Positions 1 through 17,487 of a stretch of DNA of 64,000 nucleotides are shown in pieces. The notes under the pieces were generated by a model. The model saw nothing but the letters and a program-made list of their open reading frames with translations. It was not told where the DNA came from and searched no databases. The DNA comes from Anaeromyxobacteraceae bacterium (GTDB lineage: Bacteria > Myxococcota > Myxococcia > Myxococcales > Anaeromyxobacteraceae). The number at the start of each line of letters is the position of its first letter. Within the stretch, counting starts at the first letter, position 1. The DNA lies in assembly GCA_032654565.1 (NCBI GenBank), contig JAULAX010000015.1:128001-192000 (forward strand), given 5' to 3'. The translations under genes and the position numbers were made by a program.

Positions 1-224
1 TTCGCAGCCCCAGCCACGCCCGCCCAGGCGGAATCACCGCTGGCGAGAAGGCGCGCCGCCAGGCGCGACGAGCCCGACGGGCGGTCGCGCCCCGGACGCG
101 CGATGGGACGGTCGGTCGGCCCCGGACGCGCGATCGGTCAGGCGGTCGGCCCCGCCCCGGCCGCGCGATCGCCCGGACCCGAAGCGCCCTCCGACGCGCG
201 CCGGCGGCACCCGCCCGGCGACCC

Positions 225-2258
225 CTACAGCTGGATCTGCGCCCCCAGCTCCACCACCCGGTTGGGCGGCAGGCCGAAGAAGGCGCTGGCGGTCGCCGAG
301 TTGCGCGACATGATGATGAAGAGCTTCTTGCGCCAGGTGGCCAGGCTGGCGCTCCCGGTGGAGAGCAGGGTCTCGCGCCCCAGGTAGTAGGAGACCTCCA
401 GCGGCTTGACCTCCAGCCGCGCCCCCGCCCCGTCGCGCGTCGCCAGCGACTCCAGCAGCGCCGGGATGTTGGGCTGCTCCATGAAGCCGTAGTGGGCCAC
501 CACCTGGTAGAAGCCGACCCCGAGGTCGCGGGAGACCACCCGCTCCGCCTCCGGCACCGACGGCACCTCCTCGGTGAGCACCGAGACCAGGATGATCCGC
601 TCGTGGAGCACCTTGTTGTGCTTGACGTGGTGGAGCATCACCGGCGGCGCGCTACCCAGGTTGGAGGTCATGAAGACCGCCGTCCCCGGGACCCGCAAGG
701 GCTTGCGCCGCACCACGTCGGCCAGGAAGAGCTCGAGCGGCAGGCCGGCGTCGCGCAGCATGCCGGCCAGCAGCGCCCGCCCCTGCTTCCAGGTGGACAT
801 GAAGGTGAAGACCACGATGGCGGCGACGATGGGGAACCAGCCCCCCTCCTCGATCTTCACCACGTTGGCGCCGAAGAAGGAGAGGTCGACGGCCAGGAAG
901 GCCACGGTGAGCGGCCAGGACCACCAGCGCGGCCAGCGCCAGATGTCGCGCATCACCCGGTGGAAGAGCAGCGTGGTGATGCTCATGGTGCCGGTGACGG
1001 CGATGCCGTAGGCGGCGGCCAGGTTGGAGGAGCTCTTGAAGCCGAGCACCAGGGCGATGCAGGCGGCGCCGATGGCCCAGTTGACCTCGGGGATGTAGAT
1101 CTGCCCCATCTCGGTGGTCGAGGTGTGCTTGACGGTGATGCGCGGGCAGTAGCCGAGCTGCACCGCCTGGTGGGTCAGCGAGAAGGCCCCGGAGATGAGC
1201 GCCTGCGAGGCGACGATGGCCGCCAGCGTGGCCAGGCCGATGAGCGGGGTGAGCGCCCAGGTGGGGGCCAGCAGGTAGAAGGGGTTCTCCCGCGCCGCCG
1301 GCTCGTGGAGCAGCAGCGCCCCCTGCCCGAAGTAGTTGAGGGTCAGCGCCGGCATGGCCAGCCCCAGCCAGGCCAGCCGGATGGGGCGCTTCCCGAAGTG
1401 GCCCATGTCGGCGTAGAGCGCCTCGCCGCCGGTGATGCACAGGACCACCGCGCCCAGCACCAGGAAGCCGGCGCCGCCGTTGTCGGCGAAGAAGCGGAGC
1501 CCGTAGTACGGGTTGACCGCCGCCAGCACCGACGGGTCGCGCAGGATGCCGCGCACCCCGAGCGCGCCGATGACCGTGAACCAGGCCAGCATGACCGGCC
1601 CGAAGATGGCCCCCACCCGCGCCGTGCCGGTGCGCTGGATGAGGAAGAGGCCGGCCAGCAGCAGCACGGTGAGCGGCACCACCAGCGGGGTCAGCGCCGG
1701 GGCCGCCACCGCCACGCCCTCCACCGCCGAGAGCACCGAGATGGCCGGGGTGATGACGCCGTCGCCGTAGAGCAGGGCGGCGCCGAAGATGCCGAGCAGC
1801 AGCAGCACCTTGCGGCCGCGCCGGTTGGGGTCCTTGCGCGAGACCAGCGCCTGCAGGGCGAGGATGCCCCCCTCGCCGCGATTGTCGGCGCGCATCACGA
1901 AGGAGAGGTACTTGAAGGTGACCACGAAGGTCATGGCCCAGAAGATCAGCGAGAGCACGCCGAGCACGTTGGCCGGGGTGGGGTCGACGCCGTGACGGCC
2001 GGTGAAGCACTCCTTGAGCGCGTAGAGCGGGCTGGTGCCGATGTCGCCGTAGACGACGCCGAGCGCCCCCAGCGCCAGCGCCGCCAGGGCGCCGCCATGC
2101 GGGGTGGTGCGGGCGTGCCCGGTGGCGGAGTGGGGCGCCTCGGCGACGGCCGGGAGGTCGCCGCGGGTCTGGATGGGGGCGACCGGAGGGGCAGGGGCAG
2201 CGCCCTGCGGGTCGACGGCTGCCGGGGGTTCGGGGGTGGCCATGGTGGTGGGGGGCAT
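225..2258 (-). CDS. kup: Kup/HAK/KT family potassium transporter (start 2258 or 2243)
   Basis: Kup motifs GVVYGDIGTSPLYA, ADNRGEGG, YGDGVITPAISVLSA and EALYADMGHFG; C-terminus LPPNRVVELGAQIQL. Confidence 0.95.
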   Translation of the reverse strand: MPPTTMATPEPPAAVDPQGAAPAPPVAPIQTRGDLPAVAEAPHSATGHARTTPHGGALAALALGALGVVYGDIGTSPLYALKECFTGRHGVDPTPANVLGVLSLIFWAMTFVVTFKYLSFVMRADNRGEGGILALQALVSRKDPNRRGRKVLLLLGIFGAALLYGDGVITPAISVLSAVEGVAVAAPALTPLVVPLTVLLLAGLFLIQRTGTARVGAIFGPVMLAWFTVIGALGVRGILRDPSVLAAVNPYYGLRFFADNGGAGFLVLGAVVLCITGGEALYADMGHFGKRPIRLAWLGLAMPALTLNYFGQGALLLHEPAARENPFYLLAPTWALTPLIGLATLAAIVASQALISGAFSLTHQAVQLGYCPRITVKHTSTTEMGQIYIPEVNWAIGAACIALVLGFKSSSNLAAAYGIAVTGTMSITTLLFHRVMRDIWRWPRWWSWPLTVAFLAVDLSFFGANVVKIEEGGWFPIVAAIVVFTFMSTWKQGRALLAGMLRDAGLPLELFLADVVRRKPLRVPGTAVFMTSNLGSAPPVMLHHVKHNKVLHERIILVSVLTEEVPSVPEAERVVSRDLGVGFYQVVAHYGFMEQPNIPALLESLATRDGAGARLEVKPLEVSYYLGRETLLSTGSASLATWRKKLFIIMSRNSATASAFFGLPPNRVVELGAQIQL

Positions 2259-2575
2259 GTAAGCAAACCACGATCCCGGGGAGGCCGGAAGTGGCACCGT
2301 CCCAAGCGGCCGCAACCCGGGCCGAATCCAGATCGGCTCCCCCCGGAAGGTGCCCGGCGATCGGGCAGGGGCTGCCAGCGGGGGAGGCGGGGGGATCGCC
2401 CCGACCCGGGGACGGCGCCTTGACCGGCACCCCGGTGATCGAGTAATCACCCGCCTTCCTTGGGGTTCCAGATCACCGGGCCCTCTTTCAACATCAACCC
2501 AGGGCCGCCGCCGCCAGGCGTCGCCTCTCGCCCGAGCCGACAAAGCGGCCGGTACGAGTCCATTGGGAGGCCACC

Positions 2576-3316
2576 ATGCAGAAGATCGTTCTCAACGCCG
2601 AGCAGCGCGAAGGCAAGGGCAAGGGTCCGGCTCGCCGGCTCCGGCAGAAGGGGCTCATCCCCGCCGTGGTCTACGGACGCAAGGGCGCCCCCAAGCACCT
2701 CTCCGTCGATCCCGCCCTGCTGCTCAAGGCCATCGAGACCCCGCACAAGTTCAACACCCTGCTCACCCTCCAGGTGGCCGGCGGCGAGAACTTCGTGCTC
2801 TTCAAGGACTACCAGGTCGACCCGGTCACCCGCCGGCTGCTCCACGCCGACTTCCTCGAGGTCTCGCTCGACGAGCCCGTCAAGGTCGAGGTCCCGGTCT
2901 CCATCGTCGGCAAGGCCATCGGCGCCGCCGAGGGCGGCATCCTCTCGGTCGCCACCCACGACATCGTGGTCAAGGCGCTCCCCACCAAGATCCCGCTCAA
3001 GATCGAGGTCGACGTCACCGAGCTGAAGATCGGCGCCTCGATCCACATCTCCGAGCTCAAGGCCCCCGAGGGCTGCGCCTTCGTCTACCAGGCCGACATC
3101 GTCATCGCCTTCGTCGCCATCCCCGAGAAGGAAGAGGTCGTCGCGGTGGCGGCGGCCGTTCCGGGCGCGGAGGGCGCGGCGGCTCCGGCTGCGGGCGCGG
3201 CTCCTGGCGCTCCTGGCGCTGCGGGTGCGGCTCCGGCCGCGGGCGCGGCTCCGGCCGCGGGCGCCAAGGGCGCCCCGGCGGCTCCGGCGGCCAAGGGCGG
3301 CGAGAAGAAGAAGTAG
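2576..3316 (+). CDS. rplY: 50S ribosomal protein L25/Ctc with an Ala/Pro/Gly-rich C-terminal tail
   Basis: [20 protein letters not shown] and HADF motifs; GGAGG RBS; precedes pth. Confidence 0.95.
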   Translation: MQKIVLNAEQREGKGKGPARRLRQKGLIPAVVYGRKGAPKHLSVDPALLLKAIETPHKFNTLLTLQVAGGENFVLFKDYQVDPVTRRLLHADFLEVSLDEPVKVEVPVSIVGKAIGAAEGGILSVATHDIVVKALPTKIPLKIEVDVTELKIGASIHISELKAPEGCAFVYQADIVIAFVAIPEKEEVVAVAAAVPGAEGAAAPAAGAAPGAPGAAGAAPAAGAAPAAGAKGAPAAPAAKGGEKKK

Positions 3317-3321
3317 GCCCG

Positions 3322-3897
3322 GTGAAGCTCGTCGTCGCACTCGGCAACCCCGGGGACGCCTACGCGCGGACGCGCCACAACGTCGGCTGGCTGGTGGCCG
3401 ACCACCTGGCGCTCCACCTCGGGACCCGCTTCGCCTCCGGCAAGTTCGGGGCGGAGCTGGCCGAGGGCCGGGCCGGCGACGAGCGGATCTGGATCATGAA
3501 GCCACAGACCTTCATGAACCACTCCGGCGAGTCGGTCGGGCCGGCCTTGAAGTTCTGGAAGCTGCAGCTGGAGGACCTGGTGGTGGTCCACGACGACATG
3601 GAGCTCGACCCCTTCCGGGTCCAGCTCAAGGTCGGCGGGGGCCACGGCGGGCACAACGGATTGAAGAGCGTCAACGCTCACCTCGGCTCCCCCGACTACG
3701 CGCGCGTGCGCGTCGGCGTGGGGCGCCCGCCGCCCCGGGTGGACCCGGCCGACTACGTGCTCGGCCGCTTCTCCCGCGGCGACGACGCGGCGGTCGAAGG
3801 CTGCGTGGCGTGGGCGGCGGAGGCGGTCCGGCTCAGCTGTGAGCTGGGCGCGGCCAAGGCGATGAACCAGGTGAACCGCCGGCGCGAGCCGGTGTAG
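3322..3897 (+). CDS. pth: Peptidyl-tRNA hydrolase (GTG start)
   Basis: [32 protein letters not shown] and GGHNGLKS motifs. Confidence 0.95.
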   Translation: MKLVVALGNPGDAYARTRHNVGWLVADHLALHLGTRFASGKFGAELAEGRAGDERIWIMKPQTFMNHSGESVGPALKFWKLQLEDLVVVHDDMELDPFRVQLKVGGGHGGHNGLKSVNAHLGSPDYARVRVGVGRPPPRVDPADYVLGRFSRGDDAAVEGCVAWAAEAVRLSCELGAAKAMNQVNRRREPV

Positions 3898-3972
3898 CAG
3901 GGCAGCAGGCAGACGCAGCACGCAGGGCGCGGCGCCGGGCGCATGGTGCACCCGGGACGCGTGAACAGCTGG

Positions 3973-4014
3973 CTCCTCGCGACGGGTCAACCGCCGCTGT
4001 GAATCCGAGGGGAG
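3973..4014 (+). promoter_or_regulatory. Putative S6:S18 ribosomal-protein leader stem occluding the rpsF RBS
   Basis: CTCCTCG (3973-3979) can pair with CGAGGGG (4006-4012), which overlaps the SD; CCG lies adjacent; located directly 5' of rpsF, where this leader is known to occur. Confidence 0.45.
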
Positions 4015-4019
4015 TACCG

Positions 4020-4472
4020 ATGGCCGAAGCGACCAAGCGTCTCGTCAGAGAGTACGAGACGGTGTACCTGCTCAAGGCGGATGCGCCTGATGACCAGGTG
4101 GAAGAGATCAAGGAGCGCCTCCGCGGCGTCGTCATCCGCGAGGGCGGGAAGGTGATCCGGTTCACCAACCAGGGCAAGCGGAAGACCGCCTTCCCGGTGG
4201 CCAAGACCGGGCGCGCCCTCTACATGCAGTGCCTCTACCTGGGCAAGGCCGGGCTGGTGGCCGAGTTCGAGCGCAACCTGCGCATGATCGATCTCGTCAC
4301 CAAGTTCCAGTCGGTCAAGATCGCCGAGGACGTCGACTTCGACGCCCGGCAGGTCGAGGCCGACGTCAAGGTCCTGCCGGTCGAGGACGAGGCGAAGCCG
4401 CGCGAGGAGCGCGCCTTCGGTGAGCGCGAAGAGGGCTTCGAGACCGAGACCCTCGAGCGGGGGGAGGAGTAA
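4020..4472 (+). CDS. rpsF: 30S ribosomal protein S6
   Basis: REYETVYLL...GKRKTAFPV...EFERNLRM; rpsF-rpsR-rplI order. Confidence 0.93.
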   Translation: MAEATKRLVREYETVYLLKADAPDDQVEEIKERLRGVVIREGGKVIRFTNQGKRKTAFPVAKTGRALYMQCLYLGKAGLVAEFERNLRMIDLVTKFQSVKIAEDVDFDARQVEADVKVLPVEDEAKPREERAFGEREEGFETETLERGEE

Positions 4473-4474
4473 CC

Positions 4475-4873
<399 letters not shown>

Positions 4874-4882
4874 GAGGCCACC

Positions 4883-5329
4883 ATGAAGCTCATCCTTCGC
4901 GAAGACGTGGAGAACCTGGGCAAGGGCGGCGACCTCGTCGACGTCAAGCCCGGCTACGGCCGCAACTACCTGCTCCCCCGTGGGCTGGCGGTGACGGCCA
5001 ACACCAAGAACGTGCGTGAGCTGGAGCACCAGAAGGCCGTGGCGTCCGCCAAGGCCGCCAAGCTCAAGGCCTCGGCCGAGGCGGTCGCCAAGCGGCTGGC
5101 CGAGACCCCGGTGGTGCTGCGGCGCAAGGCCGGCGAGCAGGACAAGCTGTTCGGCTCGGTCACCGCCATCGACATCGCCGAGGCGCTGGCCGCTCGCGGC
5201 CTGCAGCTCGACCGCCGCGCCATCGACCTCGCCGAGCCGATCAAGACGGTCGGCACCGTCGAGGTGCCGGTGAAGCTGCACCACGAGGTGGTCGGCAAGG
5301 TCAAGGTGACGGTCGAGGCCGAGAAGTAG
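4883..5329 (+). CDS. rplI: 50S ribosomal protein L9
   Basis: [32 protein letters not shown] and KLFGSVT motifs. Confidence 0.96.
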   Translation: MKLILREDVENLGKGGDLVDVKPGYGRNYLLPRGLAVTANTKNVRELEHQKAVASAKAAKLKASAEAVAKRLAETPVVLRRKAGEQDKLFGSVTAIDIAEALAARGLQLDRRAIDLAEPIKTVGTVEVPVKLHHEVVGKVKVTVEAEK

Positions 5330-5356
5330 CCTTCCCCGGCACCTGGCTGGAACATC

Positions 5357-5385
5357 GGGGGCCGGTCCACAGCGGACCGGCCCTC
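5357..5385 (+). terminator. Stem-loop after rplI (probable terminator)
   Basis: GGGCCGGTCC-ACAGC-GGACCGGCCC hairpin followed by TCTCCATTT. Confidence 0.6.
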
Positions 5386-5434
5386 TCCATTTCACCCGGG
5401 GCGCCCCCCGCCGCCCCTCCCGCAGGAGAACGCC

Positions 5435-8552
<3,118 letters not shown>

Positions 8553-8723
8553 CGCCGCGCTTGCGCGGCGCAATCCCAATCGCGACGGCTTCAGCCGGCG
8601 CAATCCGTTCGCACCAGGACGCGGGTCGCCTTCACGGCGCCCACGTCGTCAGTCCCCTCCACACCGTCGCCGTTTCCCGACACCACCCCCCCGCAACCCC
8701 CCGTTCTCCGGGGCTCGGGGCGC

Positions 8724-8739
8724 TGGCAAGCCGGCTGCA
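8724..8739 (+). promoter_or_regulatory. Sigma54 (-24/-12) promoter
   Basis: TGGCAAG-CCGG-CTGCA has the GG-N10-GC spacing; lies about 70 nt upstream of the 8808 ATG. Confidence 0.65.
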
Positions 8740-8807
8740 ATGAGGGAGGAGCACGGACGACGCGCTGTCCGGAAACTTCCAACCCTTCCCGTCTCAAGGA
8801 GAACACC

Positions 8808-9110
8808 ATGCAGAGCAAGCTCCCCAGCCTCGTCGGCGCCGGCATCGGTCTCGCCCTCTTCCTCGCCGTGGCGCTGCTCCCCGCCATCCTCTACGGCGGC
8901 TACGCCGGGCTGCTGCTGGCCGGCGGCATCGTCGGCACGCCGGTCCAGCCCACCTTCCTGGTCAAGGGGCTGATCATCTTCGGCATGGTGCTCGGCGTCA
9001 CCGGCATCGCCTCGCTCTTCGCGGTCCTCGGCGCCGTCGCCGGCGCGGCGGTCGGCGTCCTCACCGGCGCGGTCTCCCGCGCGCCGGTGGCGCAGGAGAG
9101 CGGCGTCTAG
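8808..9110 (+). CDS. Small Gly-rich membrane protein (3 hydrophobic segments), function unknown
   Basis: AAGGAG RBS, strong GC3 codon bias, hydrophobic helices. Confidence 0.85.
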   Translation: MQSKLPSLVGAGIGLALFLAVALLPAILYGGYAGLLLAGGIVGTPVQPTFLVKGLIIFGMVLGVTGIASLFAVLGAVAGAAVGVLTGAVSRAPVAQESGV

Positions 9111-9189
9111 GCGTTTGGTTCCACCGGAAGGTGGGGCTGGGCCCCGGCCGCTCCCTTGTAGCGCCCTCGCTTGGCCTGAGCCCTGCTGC

Positions 9190-9352
9190 GGCGCAGGCTG
9201 CCTGTCTGCGCCGGGCGGACTCCTCCGTCCGCTGCTCGGCGGGCCGCGAGCCCGCCTGCGCCGCTCCGTCGTCGTGCGACCCGGCTCGCCAACGGCATCC
9301 TGTGCCTCGCAACGGGCCCCGGCCGCCTCCTGAGGGGGGGAGGCCGGGGCTC
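9190..9352. repeat. Multi-hairpin intergenic element ending in a terminator-like stem
   Basis: Stems at 9190-9212, 9215-9232, 9238-9256 and 9314-9352. Confidence 0.45.
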
Positions 9353-9365
9353 TTCGATTGCCCCT

Positions 9366-9435
9366 GCGGTGAAGTGCCGCAGCGCCATGCGGGGTTGCGA
9401 CAGATCAACGCAGCGCCCCCGAGTCTGACTAGAAT
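9366..9435 (+). promoter_or_regulatory. Promoter with a RegA/RegR-like box (9366-9380), an FNR/CRP-like site (9395-9408) and -10 TAGAAT (9430-9435)
   Basis: GCGGT-N5-GCCGC; TTGCG-ACAG-ATCAA centred about 41 bp upstream of the inferred TSS. Confidence 0.5.
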
Positions 9436-9490
9436 CCGCCGCCTTTCAGGTGGCTGAACATCTTGCCGCACCTGAGGAACGAGCCCCCCC

Positions 9491-11272
9491 ATGCGCCCAC
9501 TGATCCTCGTCGTCTCGCTGCTCCTGGCCGGTACGGCCGCCGCCGCACCGGCCCCCGGAAAGGCCGCCCCGGCCAAGGCCGCCGCCAGGCCAGCCCCCCC
9601 CGCACCGGCCCCGGCGGCCGAGCCCAAGAAGCTCGGGAACGCCGACTGCCTCGCCTGCCACGCCGACGACAGCACCGGCCGCAAGGTGGACGACAAGGTC
9701 TTCGCCGCCTCGCTCCACGGCCAGAACTCCATCTCCTGCACCGACTGCCACGACGGCTACGGCGAGGGGCCGCACGACGGCCAGGGGCCGAAGCGCTCCG
9801 ACGCCGAGCAGGCCACGCTGGCCCGCATGGCCAAGGCCAGCTGGGGCGAGGGGGCCGCGGCGGTGAAGGTGACGGCCCCGGCCGCCTACCTGGCCTGCGC
9901 CACCTGCCACGCCGAGGCCTCGGCGGCCTTCTTCGGCACCTCGATCCACGCCGCCTGGCTGCGCCAGGACGCCAAGGCGCCCGGCCCGGTCTGCGCCAGC
10001 TGCCACGGCTCGCCGCACGCGGTGGCCCGGAAGCTGGACCCCTACGCGCCGTCGGCGACCGCCCGCGTCGCCGTCCCCGCCGACCGCCGCGCCCTGCAGA
10101 GGACCTGCGAGGCCTGCCACGGCAACGAGGTCTTCGCCAAGGCCGCCGGCATGAACGCCTCGGTCAAGCACACCTACCAGGACTCCATCCACGGCCGGCT
10201 GGTGCGCGTCGGCAACGCCGAGGCCCCGGCCTGCGTCTCCTGCCACGCCTCGGGCGCGGCGGCCGGCGGCACCCACGGCATCGTCGCCAAGTCCGACCCC
10301 ACCTCGCCGGTGGCCGAGGCCAACCGCAAGAACACCTGCGCCCGCTGCCACGAGGGGGCCACCGACAACTTCGCCCGGCTCATCTCCCACAGGCCCATCC
10401 AGGAGACCGGCGGCCACATCGTCCCCCACGTCACCCACGTGGCCTTCTCCTACCTGACCACGCTGACCCTGCTCTTCTTCGCCTTCCACGTGCTCATCGA
10501 CTTCATCTACGAGCTGCGGCAGCGGCTGGCGGCCAAGCACCACGGGGTCAGCGCCGACGACATGCGGAGCGTCATCCGCTTCGACATCCACCAGCGGGCC
10601 CAGCACTGGTTCATGCTCAGCGGCGTCATCCTGCTGGGGCTGACCGGCTGGCCGCTGCGCGGCGCCGGGGTCTTCACCGGCGCGCCCATCATCGGCAACC
10701 TCGACGCCTCCGCCTACTCGGCGGCCTTCATGAAGCTCTTCGGCGGCGCCGCCGGCGCGGCCCTCTGGCACCGCATCGGCGCGGTGCTGATCATCATCTC
10801 GTCGGTCTACCACCTCTTCTACTTGACGTTCCTGGCCGCCAACAAGCGGCTGCCGCTGTCGATGCTGCCGCTCCCCAAGGACGCGCTCGACATGCGCGAC
10901 AACATCCTCTTCATGCTCGGCCTGAAGAAGGAGCGCCCCCAGTTCGACCGCTACATGTACCTGGAGAAGTTCGACTACTGGGCGGTGTTCTGGGGCATCG
11001 TCATGATGGTCGGCACCGGGTTCGTCTTCTGGTTCCCGGTCTTCTTCGCCAAGTTCGCGCCGTCCTGGGTCATCACCGCCGCCCAGATCGTCCACGGCGA
11101 GGAGGCGACGCTGGCCATCACCTTCCTCTTCGTGGTGCACTTCTACAACGTGCACCTGAAGCCCTCGATCTTCCCCATGAACTGGGCCTGGCTCAACGGC
11201 CGCATCACCGTGGCCAACCTGAAGCACGAGCACCCGGCCGAGTACGAGAAGATCAAGGACAAGCTGAAGTAA
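9491..11272 (+). CDS. Multiheme cytochrome c (7 CxxCH) fused to an FdnI/HydC-type cytochrome b membrane domain (CbcL-like)
   Basis: Signal peptide; CLACH, CTDCH, CATCH, CASCH, CEACH, CVSCH, CARCH; C-terminal TM domain with QHW, WHRIGA, YLEKFDYWAVFWG, VHGEEA and VHFY. Confidence 0.88.
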   Translation: MRPLILVVSLLLAGTAAAAPAPGKAAPAKAAARPAPPAPAPAAEPKKLGNADCLACHADDSTGRKVDDKVFAASLHGQNSISCTDCHDGYGEGPHDGQGPKRSDAEQATLARMAKASWGEGAAAVKVTAPAAYLACATCHAEASAAFFGTSIHAAWLRQDAKAPGPVCASCHGSPHAVARKLDPYAPSATARVAVPADRRALQRTCEACHGNEVFAKAAGMNASVKHTYQDSIHGRLVRVGNAEAPACVSCHASGAAAGGTHGIVAKSDPTSPVAEANRKNTCARCHEGATDNFARLISHRPIQETGGHIVPHVTHVAFSYLTTLTLLFFAFHVLIDFIYELRQRLAAKHHGVSADDMRSVIRFDIHQRAQHWFMLSGVILLGLTGWPLRGAGVFTGAPIIGNLDASAYSAAFMKLFGGAAGAALWHRIGAVLIIISSVYHLFYLTFLAANKRLPLSMLPLPKDALDMRDNILFMLGLKKERPQFDRYMYLEKFDYWAVFWGIVMMVGTGFVFWFPVFFAKFAPSWVITAAQIVHGEEATLAITFLFVVHFYNVHLKPSIFPMNWAWLNGRITVANLKHEHPAEYEKIKDKLK

Positions 11273-11302
11273 CCCACGGCGCCACGCCGTCGAGGTCCGG
11301 GA

Positions 11303-11328
11303 GGGGTCGCGCCACACGGCGCGGCCCC
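11303..11328 (+). terminator. Stem-loop after the CbcL-like gene
   Basis: GGGGTCGCGCC-ACAC-GGCGCGGCCCC followed by a pyrimidine run; a second perfect 11-bp stem lies at 11341-11372. Confidence 0.5.
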
Positions 11329-11456
11329 CTTCCCTCAATCGCGCTGGCGCCGGCTTCTGGTGGCGCCAGCGCAAGATGCGCCCGCATCGCCCGACCTCCC
11401 CTCGCCCTGCTCGCGGGACGCCGCGGCCGCGCCCGTAGCCGTCGAAAGCGGGTAGG

Positions 11457-12376
11457 ATGCCCGGGCCCATGACCTTCGGCCCGAGCACGCGCAACCTGCT
11501 CCTCGCCGCCGCCGCCATCCTGCTCGTGGCCGGGCTGGGCGGCTTCCTGCGCTTCAAGAAGTTCGTCGACGAGGACCCGCGCCTCTGCGCCACCTGCCAC
11601 CGCGCCAGCCCGGAGTTCTCGCTCTGGCTGGCCGGCAGCCACAAGTCGGTCTCCTGCCAGAAGTGCCACCACTCCACGCCCGAGCAGGGTGTGGCCATGC
11701 TGCGCGCCTTCGTGGCCGGCAAGATGCCCAAGGGCAAGCACGCCGAGGTGGAGGTGGGCGCCTGCGCCGCCTGCCACCTCTCCCACGACCCGCGCTGGCC
11801 GCAGATCGGCGCCTCCCGCGGCCACCGGCTCCACTTCGACCAGCAGAAGATCGCCTGCGTGAAGTGCCACGCCGCCAGCGTCCACGGCTTCGAGCCGGTC
11901 ACCTCGGCCTGCGTCGAGTGCCACGGCAAGCACCTGGTGGGCGTGGCCGGCATGACCCGGCTCCACTGCTTCGCCTGCCACGAGTTCCTCACCACCGAGT
12001 CGGGGCTGCGCCCCACCCGCCGCGACTGCATGCGCTGCCACACCGCCCAGGGCATCCACGCCCCCATGAACGACCACGGCAGCGCCATGGAGATGGCCTG
12101 CGCCGCCTGCCACAAGCCGCACGCCCCGCCCGGCCAGGTGACGCTCAACTGCGTCACCTGCCACAAGGAGATGAAGAAGGGCGGGCTGCACCGGCTGCCC
12201 GGCCACCAGCACTGCACCGCCTGCCACAAGCCGCACACCTGGAAGGCGGAGGAGCCGGCCTGCGCCGCCTGCCACCCCAAGGCCGCCGCCCACGCCGGGG
12301 GCAAGGCCTGCGGCGGCTGCCACGCCTTCGGCGGCGCCCCGCTGCCGCCCCGGGCCCCGTCGGACACCCCGCCCCC

Positions 12377-12380
<4 letters not shown>
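11457..12380 (+). CDS. Membrane-anchored multiheme cytochrome c (12 CxxCH)
   Basis: N-terminal TM helix followed by 12 CxxCH motifs counted in the translation. Confidence 0.9.
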
Positions 12381-13885
<1,505 letters not shown>

Positions 13886-13886
13886 C

Positions 13887-15256
<1,370 letters not shown>

Positions 15257-15260
<4 letters not shown>

Positions 15261-15778
15261 GCCCGGGGCGGCGCCGCGACCGGCCGACGGCGCCGGGCCG
15301 GTCGAGGCCGGCGAGCGCGGCGGTGAGGATCCGGCGCGGCCGGCCCGCCGAGGCGGCGGCCATCGCCCGGGTGATGCGGGCGGCGGTGCGCGGGCAGGGG
15401 GACCGCTACCCGGCGGCGGTGCGGGAGGCCTGGGGCTCCCTGCCGGCCCTCTACCACCGCTGGGCCATGACCGCGGGCGGCGAGCGCTACCTGGTGGCGG
15501 CGCGCGGGGCGCGGCTGGTGGCCTACGCGGCCTGGCGCGGCGGCGAGCTGACGGCGCTGTTCGTGCGCCCCGGCGAGGGGGGGCACGGGCTGGGGTCGAG
15601 GCTGCTGGCGCGGCTCGAGGCCGAGGCCCGGGCTGGCGGGGCGGGGCGGCTCACCATGGTGGCGGCGCCGGGCGTGGTCGCCTACTACGCGGCGCGCGGC
15701 TGGAGGCGGGGGCGGTCGGTCCGCTCGCCGCTGCCGGGCGGGGGGGCGTTGCCGGCGGTCCGGATGTGGAAGCCGTGA
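15257..15778 (+). CDS. GNAT family acetyltransferase
   Basis: LFVRPGEGGHGLGSRLL motif A and YYAARGW; GTGA overlap with the regulator. Confidence 0.75.
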
Positions 15779-15788
15779 GCCCCTGAGG

Positions 15789-15935
15789 CCCGACCGAGGG
15801 TTCCGTCGTTCGGCCGGGCCGGCCGCGGCGCGGACCCCCCGGCCGGGGCGACCGGCGTTCAAGGCCTCGGTATCACTTGGTTGCCGATGACCCTCGGTCG
15901 GGTTCGCCTCGGCAGACCGATTACTCTCGGTCAGG
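15789..15935. repeat. Repeat-family copies: + 15789-15805, - 15889-15902, degenerate - 15921-15935
   Basis: CCCGACCGAGGGTTCCG; GACCCTCGGTCGGG; TTACTCTCGGTCAGG. Confidence 0.8.
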
Positions 15936-15953
15936 TTCAGCGGGTCGGGGTGA

Positions 15954-17375
<1,422 letters not shown>

Positions 17376-17385
17376 GACCCCTTCT

Positions 17386-17427
17386 CCCGACCGAGGGTAA
17401 CCATGACGCGGCCAGACCGCGTCATGG
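17386..17427 (+). repeat. Repeat-family copy followed by a perfect 11-bp hairpin
   Basis: CCCGACCGAGGGTAACC, then CCATGACGCGG-CCAGA-CCGCGTCATGG. Confidence 0.75.
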
Positions 17428-17487
17428 GCCTCTTTTCAGCCATTTGGCCGATACCCGATAACGCGTTCAGCCTGGGTGCGCCCGGAC

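Noticed and set aside
2440..2575. tRNA or L25 leader RNA upstream of rplY
   Set aside because: No cloverleaf or TTCGA arm; leader structure not recognisable by eye
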